Source of the DNA: Felis catus
Taxonomy: Eukaryota
Direction of reading: 5' to 3'
DNA length: 64,000 bases
NCBI RefSeq assembly: GCF_018350175.1
Contig: NC_058368.1
Coordinates: 116,004,001-116,068,000 of the forward strand
Positions 51,941 through 64,000 of this stretch are shown piece after piece. The first letter of the stretch is position 1. The number at the start of each line of letters is the position of its first letter. Made by a program: the position numbers and the translations under genes. The notes below the pieces were generated by a model. The model ran no database searches, was not told the DNA's origin, and saw only the letters and a list, made by a program, of their open reading frames with translations.

Positions 51941-54900
51941 TCAGCTATGTTCTGAAAGGCCTCTGGGGGAGACATTCTCTCTTCTGCTGACTCCTGCAAT
52001 CCCCTCAGCAGCCCTTGGCTGATGCCTCGTGCCACCAGATCCTCCTATTGCCATGTCCTGTGATTCTAGCTTATTCATTCCCTCTTCCCACTCAGATATG
52101 GGTGAAGCACTTGAGCATTTGCTTTTGCGCAGGCATTCCAAGCTTTATCTTTCCAAGACTCCAAAGAGCTCCAGGGGGATTGTCCTATCTCCTTTGTTCC
52201 CTGCCTTTACATCCCGTTCCCAGTATCTCCCTTCTCATCTCGCTCCCTCAGGAATTGCAGTGTTTCTTATCTAGACTAGGACAGCTTGATGTTTCCTTTG
52301 GTCGGCCTTCCCTGGGAATCTGGTTGGCCTGAAACACAAGCCCTCATTCTGATCTCTCTTTTCATATTATTCCATGTCATTTCTAAGCTTTGTCCCGACA
52401 AGATGGACAGAAAGAAGAGCTCACAGGGTATTTAAGGGAATAGCAGTAGTATTAGTGAGTCTATGCCAACTACCCACACTAAAGGCAAGAGTTTATTACC
52501 ACTGATTTGCCAAAAGGTACCAACTCATGGCTCTGTACACGAGCCTGGCCTCCACAGAGCATCTAGGAATTCGTAGCCATTTTTGATCCCTGATTTCTGT
52601 CATGTGCACCAGCTTTAGGAGGCAGGCTGCTGCTACATCAGGCTGACTGGCAAAGGGCTAGGGGTGAAGCAAGAAGGTCCTTCTGCTCAAAACCCTTCCA
52701 GGGACAGCAGTATTCAGCAACTTTGTTGCCACCATTAAAGCCAAAGGAGCCAGAACTAAAGTTGTGTGGGTTCTCAGGCCAGGCACGGTGGCCAGGAAGT
52801 AGGAAAACAGGAGCCTAACACGGGGTCCAGGTCCCTGCCTCACCCCCAGAAGTGCTTTCAGGAGATGTACAATAGCAACACAAGGACATAGGCAGTTTTC
52901 CCAAAGCGTCTGCATGCATACTCGGTACCCGGAAGGTCCACAGGGCCCCGACACCCAGACATACTTTGTCCAGCCATGTTCTTCTCCTATTACTATGTCC
53001 ACTTGGCTCTCTCTGCATCACGTCCTCCTGCTTCCAGGCTCCCGTGGGGTCAGGTCAGCGCGAGTTACCACTAAAATATCAACTGTGGCCTTGACAAATC
53101 TTTACCTGCTACTTAGCGGGGGGGATAAGATTTCAGGGTAAGGACTGCAGAATTTGCTACAGGGATTGGAAGGTTATTCTAACCTAAGTCCATTACAGAA
53201 AGTGATTCCTAGACATTTGTGTCTCAAAGGACAGAATGAGCCACTCCAGCATAGTGAACCAATTTCAGGGACAGAAAATCTGCCACCAGTGGCTGGAGAA
53301 AGTTCTGGTAACACCAACAGAGCTACAGTGTCTGATTCCTTGAGATCTTTCTTTCAAATACGATATGCTGCAAAGATTTTTCCCTAGCAATTCCCCACCC
53401 TACCCCCCATGTTGCTTAAGGCCCAGCCAGCCACCCAGTTTTACATGTCTAAATCTGAAATCAAAGTCCTAGGCAGGGAGAGAGAGGGATTGTCACAAGT
53501 AATTGCAACATCCCACAAGAATTTGTTTGGAGTTAAAAGGAGCCAAACCTGGGCCTTCTCCAAAGCTTACAAGTCTGAGCTTTTTGAGAACCACATTTGA
53601 TCTCTTCCAGTGCATTGAATGTAAATGTTTGTCTTGCATCTGCTTGGCAGATCTAGGGGACCCTGTAGAACTCCCGTGACCCACCAAGGTGACAGGTGTG
53701 GCTCTCCCTAGTACAGGACAGTGTGGGGATCTGCTTGCTATGAACCACAGGCCCCCAGAGTTGGTCTTTACTTTCTGAGCCATGCTAGCGGTGGGAACAT
53801 GAGCCCAGGGGAGGAGGAGGGACACAAGTTGTGAGGGGCAAGGGCTCCCAGGTGGCTGCAGGGAGGCACTTGGAGGGGAGGGGAGCGGGCACACTGTTAC
53901 ATCCTTTCTCAGCAACTCACACACTCACTGTGCCCTTGCCCCTGCCCCTACATTTTCTCATTTTATTCTTACCTGTTCACTTCATGACATTGTTTTGAGA
54001 TGACGTTCTTTTTCCATATAAAGAATAGTCACCTTCAAAGTGAAAGCTTAAGGCTCAAATACAGTAGGAACCCTGAGCATATCTCAAGACAGCCCAGCAT
54101 TATTGGAGGATATAGTTGGCTATTATGAGCCATATACAATCATCATCATCATCATCGTCATCATCAGTTACCACTTACTGAGCCCTTACTTTGTGCACAG
54201 CTCCCCCTTGTGAGGTTGACATTGCTATTTCCCTATTTGACACAGTAGAGGCCAGGCCTGGTGAGGTTAAGTCAGAGTGGGAGCTGGGCCTCCAGAGAAC
54301 CTGGGACATTGCCATGGCTCATTTTCTTTAGGAAGGCGCAAAAGGAAGCAGAGCCCAGTGAGGCACCTGGCAGCCCCACCAGTTGGAAACTGCCAGGCGC
54401 TATTGGAAGGGCGTTTCATGGCATGTGTTTCCTGGGCCCCAGGTCTCCCACAGCTTACCCAGGACCATTGGGATGTGAAGCCTCAGAGATGGAGATGGAA
54501 TGGGAGAAGAGGGAGAAGGCCGGGCAGTTCTGTCTTGGTTCCCTAGAAAACGCTCATATCCTCATGGGCATGCAGGACCCTGTGGGCATGTAGCTCTGCC
54601 TTCCTCCTCCCATCTCTCCGGGACACCAGGGGGTGAGGCTTTTTCTGAGAAGTGGGTTTAACATTCCTCATTCCCACCACTCTGGCCCTAGCTTTAAAGA
54701 ATGCAAAGAGAGCCAGAGTAGGCCAACGTAGATTTCTACTTTAAGGCCAAACTGTCCCTCAGCCCAATTTCTTTCCAGCACAGCCTAATATCTCTTTGTC
54801 CCCTTTGCTGATTTACATGGTAGGTTTATTTAATTAGCCAGAGATGAGTCAAAGTGCAGTTGTCCTCAGAGTTAATTAATATTTACTGAGCCACCCCACA

Positions 54901-57299
54901 GTGAGTGACGCCAAGACTGGACTGTGTCCTCTGTATCAGCTTAGGGAACAGACTTCAACCTCTTGTACCTGGCTGGGATTGGGACCCGGAACCAAAGAGT
55001 AGGGATGAGGGATCTTTGAGCTAAGAGGAACAAATGAGGTTATGCACTAACATGCCTGCCATAGTGTGGGGCACATAGTAAGGACTTAGAAATTGATAGC
55101 TGTGCTTGCAAATTTTAAAAAGGAGTGGCAGGGAAAGGTGGCTGAGAGACTATGTTCCCCCTATGGGACATATTCCAAGGGAGGGGGGTAATGGCAGCAG
55201 ATGTGACGGGATACAGACGCTCAGGTGCAGTCAGATAAGCATCATTTATGAAGAAATCAGGCATGCTTCTCCCTATGAAAATAGGCCCCTGCTAGAAGAG
55301 AGAGAAAGTGGAGAGTAGCTAACCCTGAAGGAATTCATGCAGAGCATGAGTAAATGGAAGCTCTCTTTTAGCTGTGATTGGACTGCAAAGGGAAAGACAC
55401 CTGGGCAAGGGGGCACTGGCCTATGTGGTCCCTGCTAGGCCTGGACCTTTCCGCTTCTCCAGCCCTTTGTGCACACACCAGAACTCTACCCCACTCTTAC
55501 TCAGAAGACTTTTGACCCTTCCAAATGGTGCTTCCTTCGGCCCTCTCCTGTGGAGTGCTGTGACAAAGCACTCACTGTGGCAGAATTTGGTGACAGTGCT
55601 TGTCCTCTCCCTCTGCCTCCTCTTGGGCTGCCATGTCTGAGGATCATATACAGCCTGCCCGGCTGACTCTTGGGCTGCAGGGGAGTCCCATTCCCCAAAG
55701 CCATCTTTGCAGTTACCAGCTCTAGACAGCCAGCTCCTGACTCTCCTGGCTGTCTACCCCCATCTTCCTCGGGGAAGTGCCAACATAGCCAGTGCCTGTG
55801 TTTCTGGGCTCTTCAGTCTCTGTCTGCTAGGCTTGCCCTCATGGCCCCAGCAGAGCCTGTTCCAGAGTCAGGTTGAAAGGTCACCATGAAACAGCCCAGA
55901 CCCAGGCATGGATAGGCCTCTTTGGAAGCCAAGGCCAAGTGGGAAGTCATGCTGCTGAGACAGGACCCAGTGGTCTATCTGTCTCCAGCTCCCAGATAGA
56001 TGGCTTTCTAAGTCAAAAATGAGGCAAGATCCCAGCAGCCATAAGACTTGGACAAATTTGGGCAGGAGGGCTGAATCAGGCCTGCAAGTTTCATTCTGGG
56101 TTTGCCATAAAAAGGTCTTTCCAATTACCTAAGATAAATTCGATAAGGAGAATGGAATGGGAAAGGGGGAAGAAACACCACAGCCAGATTATCAATTATA
56201 GGCAGCTTTAGTAGATTTGAGGTTCTGAGGCCCCTGCGCCCCCTGCTGGCCCCTCACACAGCCTACTGCCCTTGGGCTTCCTCTTCCCCAGGAGGCAGCC
56301 TGGTGCTTCTCAAAGCGCTGCTTCACTGGCCCCTTCCCCTCACTCTTTTTAATCTTTTCCCCTTAGGACCTCGCCGCCAGCATCTGTTCTCTCTCTCTTC
56401 CATAACCTGGGTTTCCTCCTTCCTGACAAAAACCTCTACATCTAACCCAAGCTTTTTTTTTTTTTTTTTTTGGTAGTGTGTGACCCAACCACCTTGCTTT
56501 CCCACCAGCACACATGCCCCTCAGAACCGTGCAAGGGGCATCCTTCCTTAGACAGCGTATCAGAGCAAGACTCTGCTGCTGCTCCCCAGAGGGGTTTCCA
56601 GTTGCCAGCTCTTCCTTCTCGCTCTGTCTTTCCCACTGCAGAAGCCAGCCTTTACCAGGGCCTCTAGGATTGACCACCCTAACTCTCCTACCACCAGCCC
56701 TCCACTCCAGATTGGACCAGGAATATCTATCCTCTCTACCACCTTCCCTCTCCTTCCAAATAACTGTCCACTGGGAAAATTTTAATAGCTCCAGTGTTCA
56801 TACTCCAGCCAGCTCTCACTATGCTCTCCCCCTGGAGCTCCTGCTGCGGGGCCACTTCTGTGCCAATAGTCTCCTGAGTGTGTTTGTCCTCTGAGATTGG
56901 AAGTACCTAGAGGGCAAGAGGACTTTTATCTCCTACAAAACCTAAGGGCAGTGCTAGGCTCCCAGTGGGCACTCGGGACCAGGTTGAATGCTGATCTTCT
57001 GATAACCTCCTAGCACTGCCTCAGAGCTCTCCGCCTGCCCTAAGGTCTGGGTGTGGCAGGTCCGAGTGTGGCTAGGTCTGCCAAGGTTACCTTTGTCAGA
57101 TCACTGCAGAAAAGAGGGGAGGTATGGGGACCTTTCCCAGAATGGATGAGAATGGGAGGGTGGCTTTTATTTCCAGAGAGATTGGGTGAGGGGAGGGAGG
57201 ACCAGTAGGGGATGAGGTCCCTGGGTGTCCGTCATCGTGCTAGTGGAGAAGCCCAAGCGGGATATGGAGGACTTGGTTCCAGGGGAAGTCCCAAACCTC

Positions 57300-58200
57300 A
57301 TAGATGCCGCGTTCCATCGTTCCTCCATTCCTCCAAGGGCGGCCTGCCTCCTGGCTTGCAGTCCCGGGACGGATTCTTACGGGACCTCGGGCGGCGCCCA
57401 GTGCTGCTGTGGACAGCTCATTCCGCGGCGGTGGCGGCGGCGCCTCCCCGCGAGTCCCCGGCGCCGCCAGGGGGCGAATAAGGTGCCCGGCCACCCTTGG
57501 GACGCCCGGGGCGCGGGCGCTACGCTCAGAGAGGCCCGGCCGGGGAAGACGTGCCCGCCAGGACCGCCTCTTGCTCCCGCTGCTGTCGCAGCCCGGCCGG
57601 GCCGCTAACTGTAGCCCCGCCCTCAGGCCGGCTCCGGTTTCTCCAGGTGCCCCAGGGCTGGGCTGGGCGCAGCTGCCGGGCGCCGCACAGGTGGCGGGGC
57701 CGCCAGCGCACCCGGCTCAGCGCGCGTGGGGCTTTTCCCGGCCGACTCCCCGCGTTCCTTTCCCGCCCCTCCGCCGGCCTCTTGGCAGCCCTGGCTCTGC
57801 TCTCACTGCTGCCCCGATTGCGGGGCCGGTGACTGAGTAGGCCGCACCCTGGGCGCAGCAAATGGAGGACGCTGGCTTTTAAGGATGGGGCGAAGGAGGA
57901 CGTAGCTCGGTTCCCCGCCTTCTCCCCACTCCTCCGAAGCGGCCGCGGGCGTGCGCGGGTTGGTCTCTGCTGCGCTCGGGGCGGCCGTGGGGGGGCTCCG
58001 GTCGGCCGGGTGCTTGAGACCCGCCGGCGCGCACGCTCTGCGCCTGCACCTGTTGGAGCGGGCCTCTACCGACTCGGACCTCAGCCGGCCTCCGAGATAC
58101 ACGCCACCCCGGCTGCGGTCCGTCTCCTACCGAAGCGGCCGTGTTTGGCTTTAGGAAAACAAAACCAAAAAAGTGGGTTTGCATTTGCACACGTCGACTC
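57300..58200. promoter_or_regulatory. Orphan CpG island with CTCF motif
   Basis: CpG-dense ~900 bp with no recognisable CDS. CCGCCAGGGGGCG at 57464-57476 matches the CTCF core consensus. Confidence 0.7.
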
Positions 58201-58329
58201 TGCTCTGGGTCAGCTAGTGGTGAGGACCGTATTTTAAATCTGTGGCCTGCAGCCTAAGACCTGGGCGGCTCAGGAAGGATACCTCCCGAGCCCCCACCCC
58301 TGGCCTTGATATTTATGGGGATCTTTCAT

Positions 58330-58455
58330 CTTTTTTTTCCCCTAAAGGTTTTACTTTTAAGTAATCTCTACACCCAACATGGGGCTCAAACTCACTCTTG
58401 ATCTTGAGAGATCAAGAGTCACTCTCTCCCCCGACTGAACTAGCCAGGCATCCCT
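58330..58455 (-). mobile_element. Short old CAN-SINE
   Basis: ttttaagtaatctctacacccaacatggggctcaaactc...ccgactgaactagccaggcatccc. Confidence 0.8.
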
Positions 58456-58547
58456 GTATGATAAGCTGTTTGCATAGAAAAAGAGTGCATCATTCTTTGG
58501 GACCCAAGTCAGCCTTTATCAAAAATGTCCCTGCCCAACTTGATAGT

Positions 58548-58551
<4 letters not shown>

Positions 58552-58586
<35 letters not shown>
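58552..58586 (+). repeat. (TG)n microsatellite
   Basis: Direct reading. Confidence 0.95.
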
Positions 58587-58589
<3 letters not shown>

Positions 58590-59778
58590 CCTTTCTGTGT
58601 CCACTCACTAGCCTGCATCCGTTCTGGGTAAATATTTCATTGAATAAAAGAAAGTCAAGTTTATGGTTCATTTCAAAAGGAGTCTTTGAAACAGCACTCT
58701 CTCTAGTTGCCTGATAGTCACCCACATTTTGGTTGGGTTTGGTTAGGTTTGGGGGTTTTTGCAACCCTCAAAGTAAGGAATAAGTGTTAAATGAGGTCTC
58801 AATCTGCTCATAAGCTCTAGTTTCAAATCCTACCTTTTAGCACAGGTTTCCACAGTATGACTGCCAGGGCGGACATGTGTCAGTCCTTATTCTAATTCGT
58901 GATGGTCAGATAGATGCTCAGACAAACCTTTGGGGACAGGTTCCCAAGTGAGCACACTCCTCTGCCCCCCGAAGACAAAACAAGACGGTTTGTAAGCTAG
59001 GAGGGGTGATCACTAAATGACCTAAGTTGCTTTTAAGCTCTGAGATGTGGGGTTGAGGTGCAAACTCCAAAATCTGTTTAGCATCCAGGATTTGGGTCCC
59101 AGGAGACTCACATCCTCCTCCTCGGTTTATCTGGACTTGGAAGGTGGGCTCAGAAATCAGAAAGCCTGAGCGATTCTGTGGCCCTGAGGAAGCCTTGCCT
59201 CCCAGGACACAGTGCTCATGCTCTGCTGACAATGCAGGGCATCTGCCGCAAGTCTGGCACAGGATCCCACCCGTGGCCCCTCTTTCCAGTTCCCCATGTG
59301 TGTCTGAGACTTCCTGGCTCTGTGAAGGCAAGGAATGGCCTGAAGTCCAGAGCCTCATATGACCATGAGACCCTCACGTCTGAAGAGTGGCACTTGTGGG
59401 AGCCCTGGCCCCAAGTCCCCAACCTCAGGACGCTCTGGGGTAGTATCAGGTGAACAGTCTGCATGGCCACAACCTCTGGTCCTGGCCCAGATACCTACTG
59501 TGCTGCTACCCAAGCTCTTCTTGGAGCTTTCCCAGAAGTGAGTGCTATTCAGATGTGGCTCCCTTAGGGCCTCCCCACTTACCCGAATGCAACAACCTGC
59601 CTGGAAGATCACCCCCAGTTCAGCCCACCCAAGGCTCTCCTCCTATGTGCTTCTAGAGTCAGCACTACCCTCCCCTTCTCAGCCCTGCTGGGGAGCCCTT
59701 TGTACCAGGAGAGCTACCTAGAGGAGAGAGCCTTGTCCTCCCTGCCTCACAGATGACAAGGGAGAAAGATACGAGTCT

Positions 59779-59998
59779 CGGGGAGCTTGGGTGGCTCAGT
59801 CGGTTAAGCCACTGACTTCCACTCAGGGCATGATCTCACGGCTTGCAAGTCAAGCTCTATGCTGACAGCTCAGAGCCTGGAGCCTGCTTCGGATTCTGTG
59901 TCTCCCTCTTTCTCTGTCCCTCCCCCACTCACACTCTGTCTCTCCCTCTCTCCAAAATAAACAAATATTAAAAAAAAAATTTTTTAATAAAAAAAAAA
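59779..59998 (+). mobile_element. CAN-SINE, felid-type
   Basis: gggggagcttgggtggctcagtcggttaag head, A tail, imperfect TSD aagatacgagtctc / aaggtatgagtctc. Confidence 0.9.
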
Positions 59999-62249
59999 AG
60001 GTATGAGTCTCACTAACACACCTGCAAAGGCTCCTCTTGCCTCACTTTCTCTCCCAGTGAATTTTCCATCCCACACGATTTAGCGGGTACCTACTTTGTG
60101 CCAGGCACCATGCCCGGGGCAGGGATATAAAAATACACGAGAAGTGGTCCATGCCCTCAGAGAGCTCGTGGTGTCTAATGGAGGAATTTATTCTTTAATT
60201 CATTCATTTACCAAATGTGTATTAAGCACCAACTGTGTGCCAGGCCCTGTGGCAAGTACTAGGGAGACAGGGAAGAAGAAAAGCTAGCTCCAGCCATCTT
60301 CATAGTACCACCTCGTAGACTCATGGTCCATAGGGGAGACAGACTTAGGGGAAAGAATTATATGCCATGATAAAGAGAATCACAGGATCCTTTAAGCGCG
60401 TGTAAACAGGGTAGGGAGAGAGTCTGAGTGGGAGGGGCAGAAGGAGGGAGCAGACTGGAATCTGGTGTGGTGCTTACCTTCCTCCTGAAACCTGCTCCTC
60501 CAGAATGCTCCTTCCTAGACCCTGTCCCTCACCTCCACACCCAAAAAATCTGCCAGGGCCTCCACATGGCTCTGTCTCTGAGGATGCCAGGCACCTTTCC
60601 TTGGTGCCTGTTGAGTGGTGCCAGGAGGCTGCAGTGTCCCACATGGCCACTGACTCAAGTTTCCAGGCCATAGAGGGGTGGAGCCTCAGGATGTGGGGCC
60701 ACTATGGCCCCGCCTCCTGAGCTCCATCGGAAAAGCTGGACTGTGGCATTTAAAAAAAGAACCCCTAGGAGAGGAGCAATGACGTTGGGCACATTCATAT
60801 TCACACTCCCTGCCACTCCACCGGCTCTCTGGCCACCTCATTATACAAGGGCTGGCCATGATAGGTCCCCACGCCCCATCCCTCAGGAGAGGGGCAGCAA
60901 AGCCCCTGGCCTGGAACTCATCCAACAAAACAGCCATTGCAGACACCTGGATCCACCCGGCTTTGGCTCCTCTTCCACTCGGCATCCTGGCTTGCAGCTG
61001 GGTGGGACAGGCCACCCTGCTTCCAGGTAAGGACCGCATTGCTCAGACACCCAGGGGGCCTCCCTTGGGAACACCAGTACCGTGGCACAGAGGCAAGAAG
61101 CAGCCCCTCCATGGCCCGCCCACCTTCAGACTGGCTCAGGGAAGGCTGAGGATCCCTCTGCTCCTTCCGCATGGCAGCAGGGAGTCTGATACCACCCATG
61201 GCTGGAGGCTGGGGGGCGGGGGAGCGCTGCTCACTGTGGGAGCTTGACTCCGGCCTCAGCTCAAGGAGCAACAGTGTGGCCAGGGCCACCAACTGATGTC
61301 CGTCCTTGGGGATAGCCTCTCTCTCATGCCTCCTTGGTGTCATCAGGAGAGCACTGCAGGGTGGCCTGCCTGGGAATGCCAGCGTCCCTCAGCTGAACGC
61401 AGGTGCCAGTGCCACTGCCACAGGTTAACCAGCAGCAGCCTACAGTAGATGAGGTGGCCTGCATCCTCAGGCAGCCATGTCCTCTGCATTTTGCTTCAGG
61501 ATGTGGGGCCACTGTGGAATGTAAAGATGGAATCTGCATCTTTACAGATGTGGATGAGCCTGATGTGTGTGTGTGTGTGGGGGGGGGGGTGCAGGTGTAA
61601 CCCCCTGGGTGGCTCCCGTTTGTGAGGCCAAAGCCTGGGATCTAGGGGAAAGCTACATGGACCTGCTTTACTCCGTGGCTCAGGCCGTTGGGGAAGTGGG
61701 TCTCTCAGCTTCCTCTCTGCTACAAAGCAGCTGAATTTTGGTGCCCTTGAGACCCCAAGCACAGGGAAACGGGCCGCTTCTGCTGCTGGTGTCACTATCC
61801 ATGAGTCATCTTTGTGGAGAGAAAAATTGAGAATTCTCATTGCAAAGCCAGGAGCGTGGCGCTGAGCAAAGGTGTGACCATTGTTATCACTTTTCTGGCC
61901 AGGCGTGCGTCGCACCCCACTCTTGAGCAGCTGGCGTCCCCCGTGGCCTCCAGGCCAGGGCTCTTGGCCCTTGAGTGGCAGGGCTGCCCAGTTGTCTGAG
62001 TTTCCCACATGCAGAAGATGGAACAAGACCTCCCTGAGCTTTTGAACATGGTAAGGACAATGGCACGACCACTAGGGCCTCCAGGCAAGGGGTAGGGGCA
62101 GAGAAGGAGCGCTGACCCTGCCTTAGAGCCTGGTGGGCCCTTTTCTCCTCTCAGTTCAGCTCACTGAGCTCCTTTGTAAGGTATTATAAATGTTCAAGAA
62201 ATTCTGACTCTGTTAGGCTGGACAGTATTAAAGTATCCTGGAAACACAA

Positions 62250-62480
62250 ATAATAATAATAGTAATACACCATTTATGATTCACTTGATATGTGCACTCT
62301 GAGCTCAATGAATTATGTGAATTTTATTATTCAGTCCTTACCACTTTTTAAGAGAGATGTGCTGTCATTGTCCCCATTTTATAACCTAGGAGACTGAGAC
62401 TCTGAGGAATGAAGTCACTAGCCCAAGGTTACACACAGCCAGTTAGGATTAAAACTGACACCTGTCTGTCTCCAGGGTTT
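62250..62480 (-). mobile_element. MIR SINE
   Basis: gtccccattttataacctaggagactgagactctgagg...cactagcccaaggttacacac. Confidence 0.75.
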
Positions 62481-64000
62481 GTACCATCCATCCCTCCTAC
62501 ATATATCCCCTAGGGCCCTGAGCTGGTGGAGGGAGGAGCACTGGATAGAGGGTGGGTGCCATGCTGGCCTCCACCTTTGGTCAAGTTCATCCTGCCTCCA
62601 CACAAATTGTTTTTCTGGTCTTGGGGCTAGTGGCCTGATGGTGGGCAGTGAGGCCTCCAGATATCATGGCAGGAAGGTGGCAGCTTGCCCATGTTTCCGG
62701 TGGCTGAGCTCCCCTGATGCCCAGGCTGACTCTGCCCTCCACCTTGGGCCTAGGTAGTGATTTCCCAAACCCTGGTACCTGGCAGGCAGGCAGCCATGAG
62801 ATTGAGGACTCACCCATAAGATCAGAGGTGCCTTTGAAGCCCTAAGCCAAACACAAGTGGGCAGAGAACGTGCCACAGAAGTCACTTGTTGGTCCCATGT
62901 GTCCAGGAGCTCCCCCTGGACACCACTGCCACGGGTCCCAGAGCTGCCCTGGCTTCTGCACTGTGGGAAGGCGTGGCCCTACAGAGGGGATAGGGTGGGG
63001 ACAAGGGGGAAATAGGATACCCAACCAGCAACCAGAGGGTTCCCTCCCCTCTCCAGAGGACATCACAGACCTATGGGAATGAGAGTCACCCCTTGTCTGG
63101 AGTAGCCAGGGGGAGGGAAGGGGCTCTTTCTGGGGATTATTACATTCAGTCCTTAAAGCGACACAAAGAAGGTGTCATAATTGCCCATTTTACAGAAGAA
63201 GAAACCCGGCTCAAGGTCCTTCAACTGGCATGTGGCCTTGTGGTTAACTTCTCTGCTGCACCACCTCCACAGCCCTTACTAGGTTATGACAAGGCTGGGG
63301 TTGAAGGAAAGAGAAAGAGGGTCTCAAATGCAGGACTTAGAGAAGAGACAGGAGTCACTTCCGCTCCCACCCCCCACATCCACAATAAACTGTGAACTCC
63401 TAAAGCCATGAATGAGATTGATCACCATTCACAGAGTCCAGGGGAGCACCTTCCCCCACGCAAGTCCTGTGTGTGCCCAGCAATGGCACCAGCCCTGTCC
63501 TCAGACAGGTGGCAGTAGTGAGAGGGGACAGATACGTTACAAGGCACCTACTCTGGAGATGCAGCATGAGTGCTAGGTGACGTGGACGGCCAGCCAACCC
63601 AGCCGGGGAGAGGGAGAGGTCAGCAAGCTTCCTGGGGTTGGGGGGGGGGGGAGGGAGGTGATCCCAAAGAAAGAGTAGGAATTAAATTAGACAAAAGTGA
63701 TAACCAGTGGTAGAGGCAGAGCGGAGCATTATGAGCAGGGACCAGGAAGCCTAAGTCCTTTTGAGGCAGCTGAGAAATGGGGGTGAGGAGGTGGGGCAAG
63801 AGGCCAGAGGAGAGGGCTGTGGGTGGTCAGGCCAGAAATCACAGACCCTAAAGGCAGGGCTTGTGAGTGTCCAAGCCTGAGGAACCTGGAACAGCCAGAC
63901 ACCCTCCCACAGTCTCCTCGTGGACATCACTGTGAACCGGACCGGGAACATTCCAGCCTAATCAAAGCTCAGATCGGCAAGTTCCAGAGGCTCTATGCAC

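Noticed and set aside
50790..53002. Hydrophobic minus-strand ORFs vaguely like GPCR fragments
   Set aside because: Motifs are out of order, there is no consistent splice structure, and an L1 fragment lies between them.

Overview
Mammalian genomic DNA, most likely felid (carnivore CAN-SINEs of the felid type and a felid-type L1 3' end). The window covers the PURA locus. PURA has an intronless 322-aa CDS at 28175-29143 (+), a distal CpG-island promoter/first exon at ~21.5-22.4 kb, and a proximal CpG island at ~27.1-29.1 kb. A very long, repeat-poor AT-rich tract follows and ends in the 53-aa IGIP ORF (42517-42678, too short for the supplied ORF track) and a double AATAAA. The first 20 kb look like repeat-rich intergenic DNA. 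On the minus strand, however, I find about 15 exon-shaped segments, most with canonical splice signals and several in compatible phases. Their translations carry stops, frameshifts and transposon insertions and repeatedly show RGS-domain-like spacing. I read this as a decayed multi-exon, multi-RGS-domain (RGS22/RGSL1-like) gene lying head-to-head with PURA, where the human lncRNA MALINC1 lies by my recollection of synteny. The family call was made by eye and needs an HMM/tblastn check. The right third holds old repeats, an orphan CpG island with a strong CTCF motif (~57.3-58.2 kb) and some weaker exon-like signals. No CRISPR array, rRNA or true tRNA gene was seen. Repeat coordinates are approximate.
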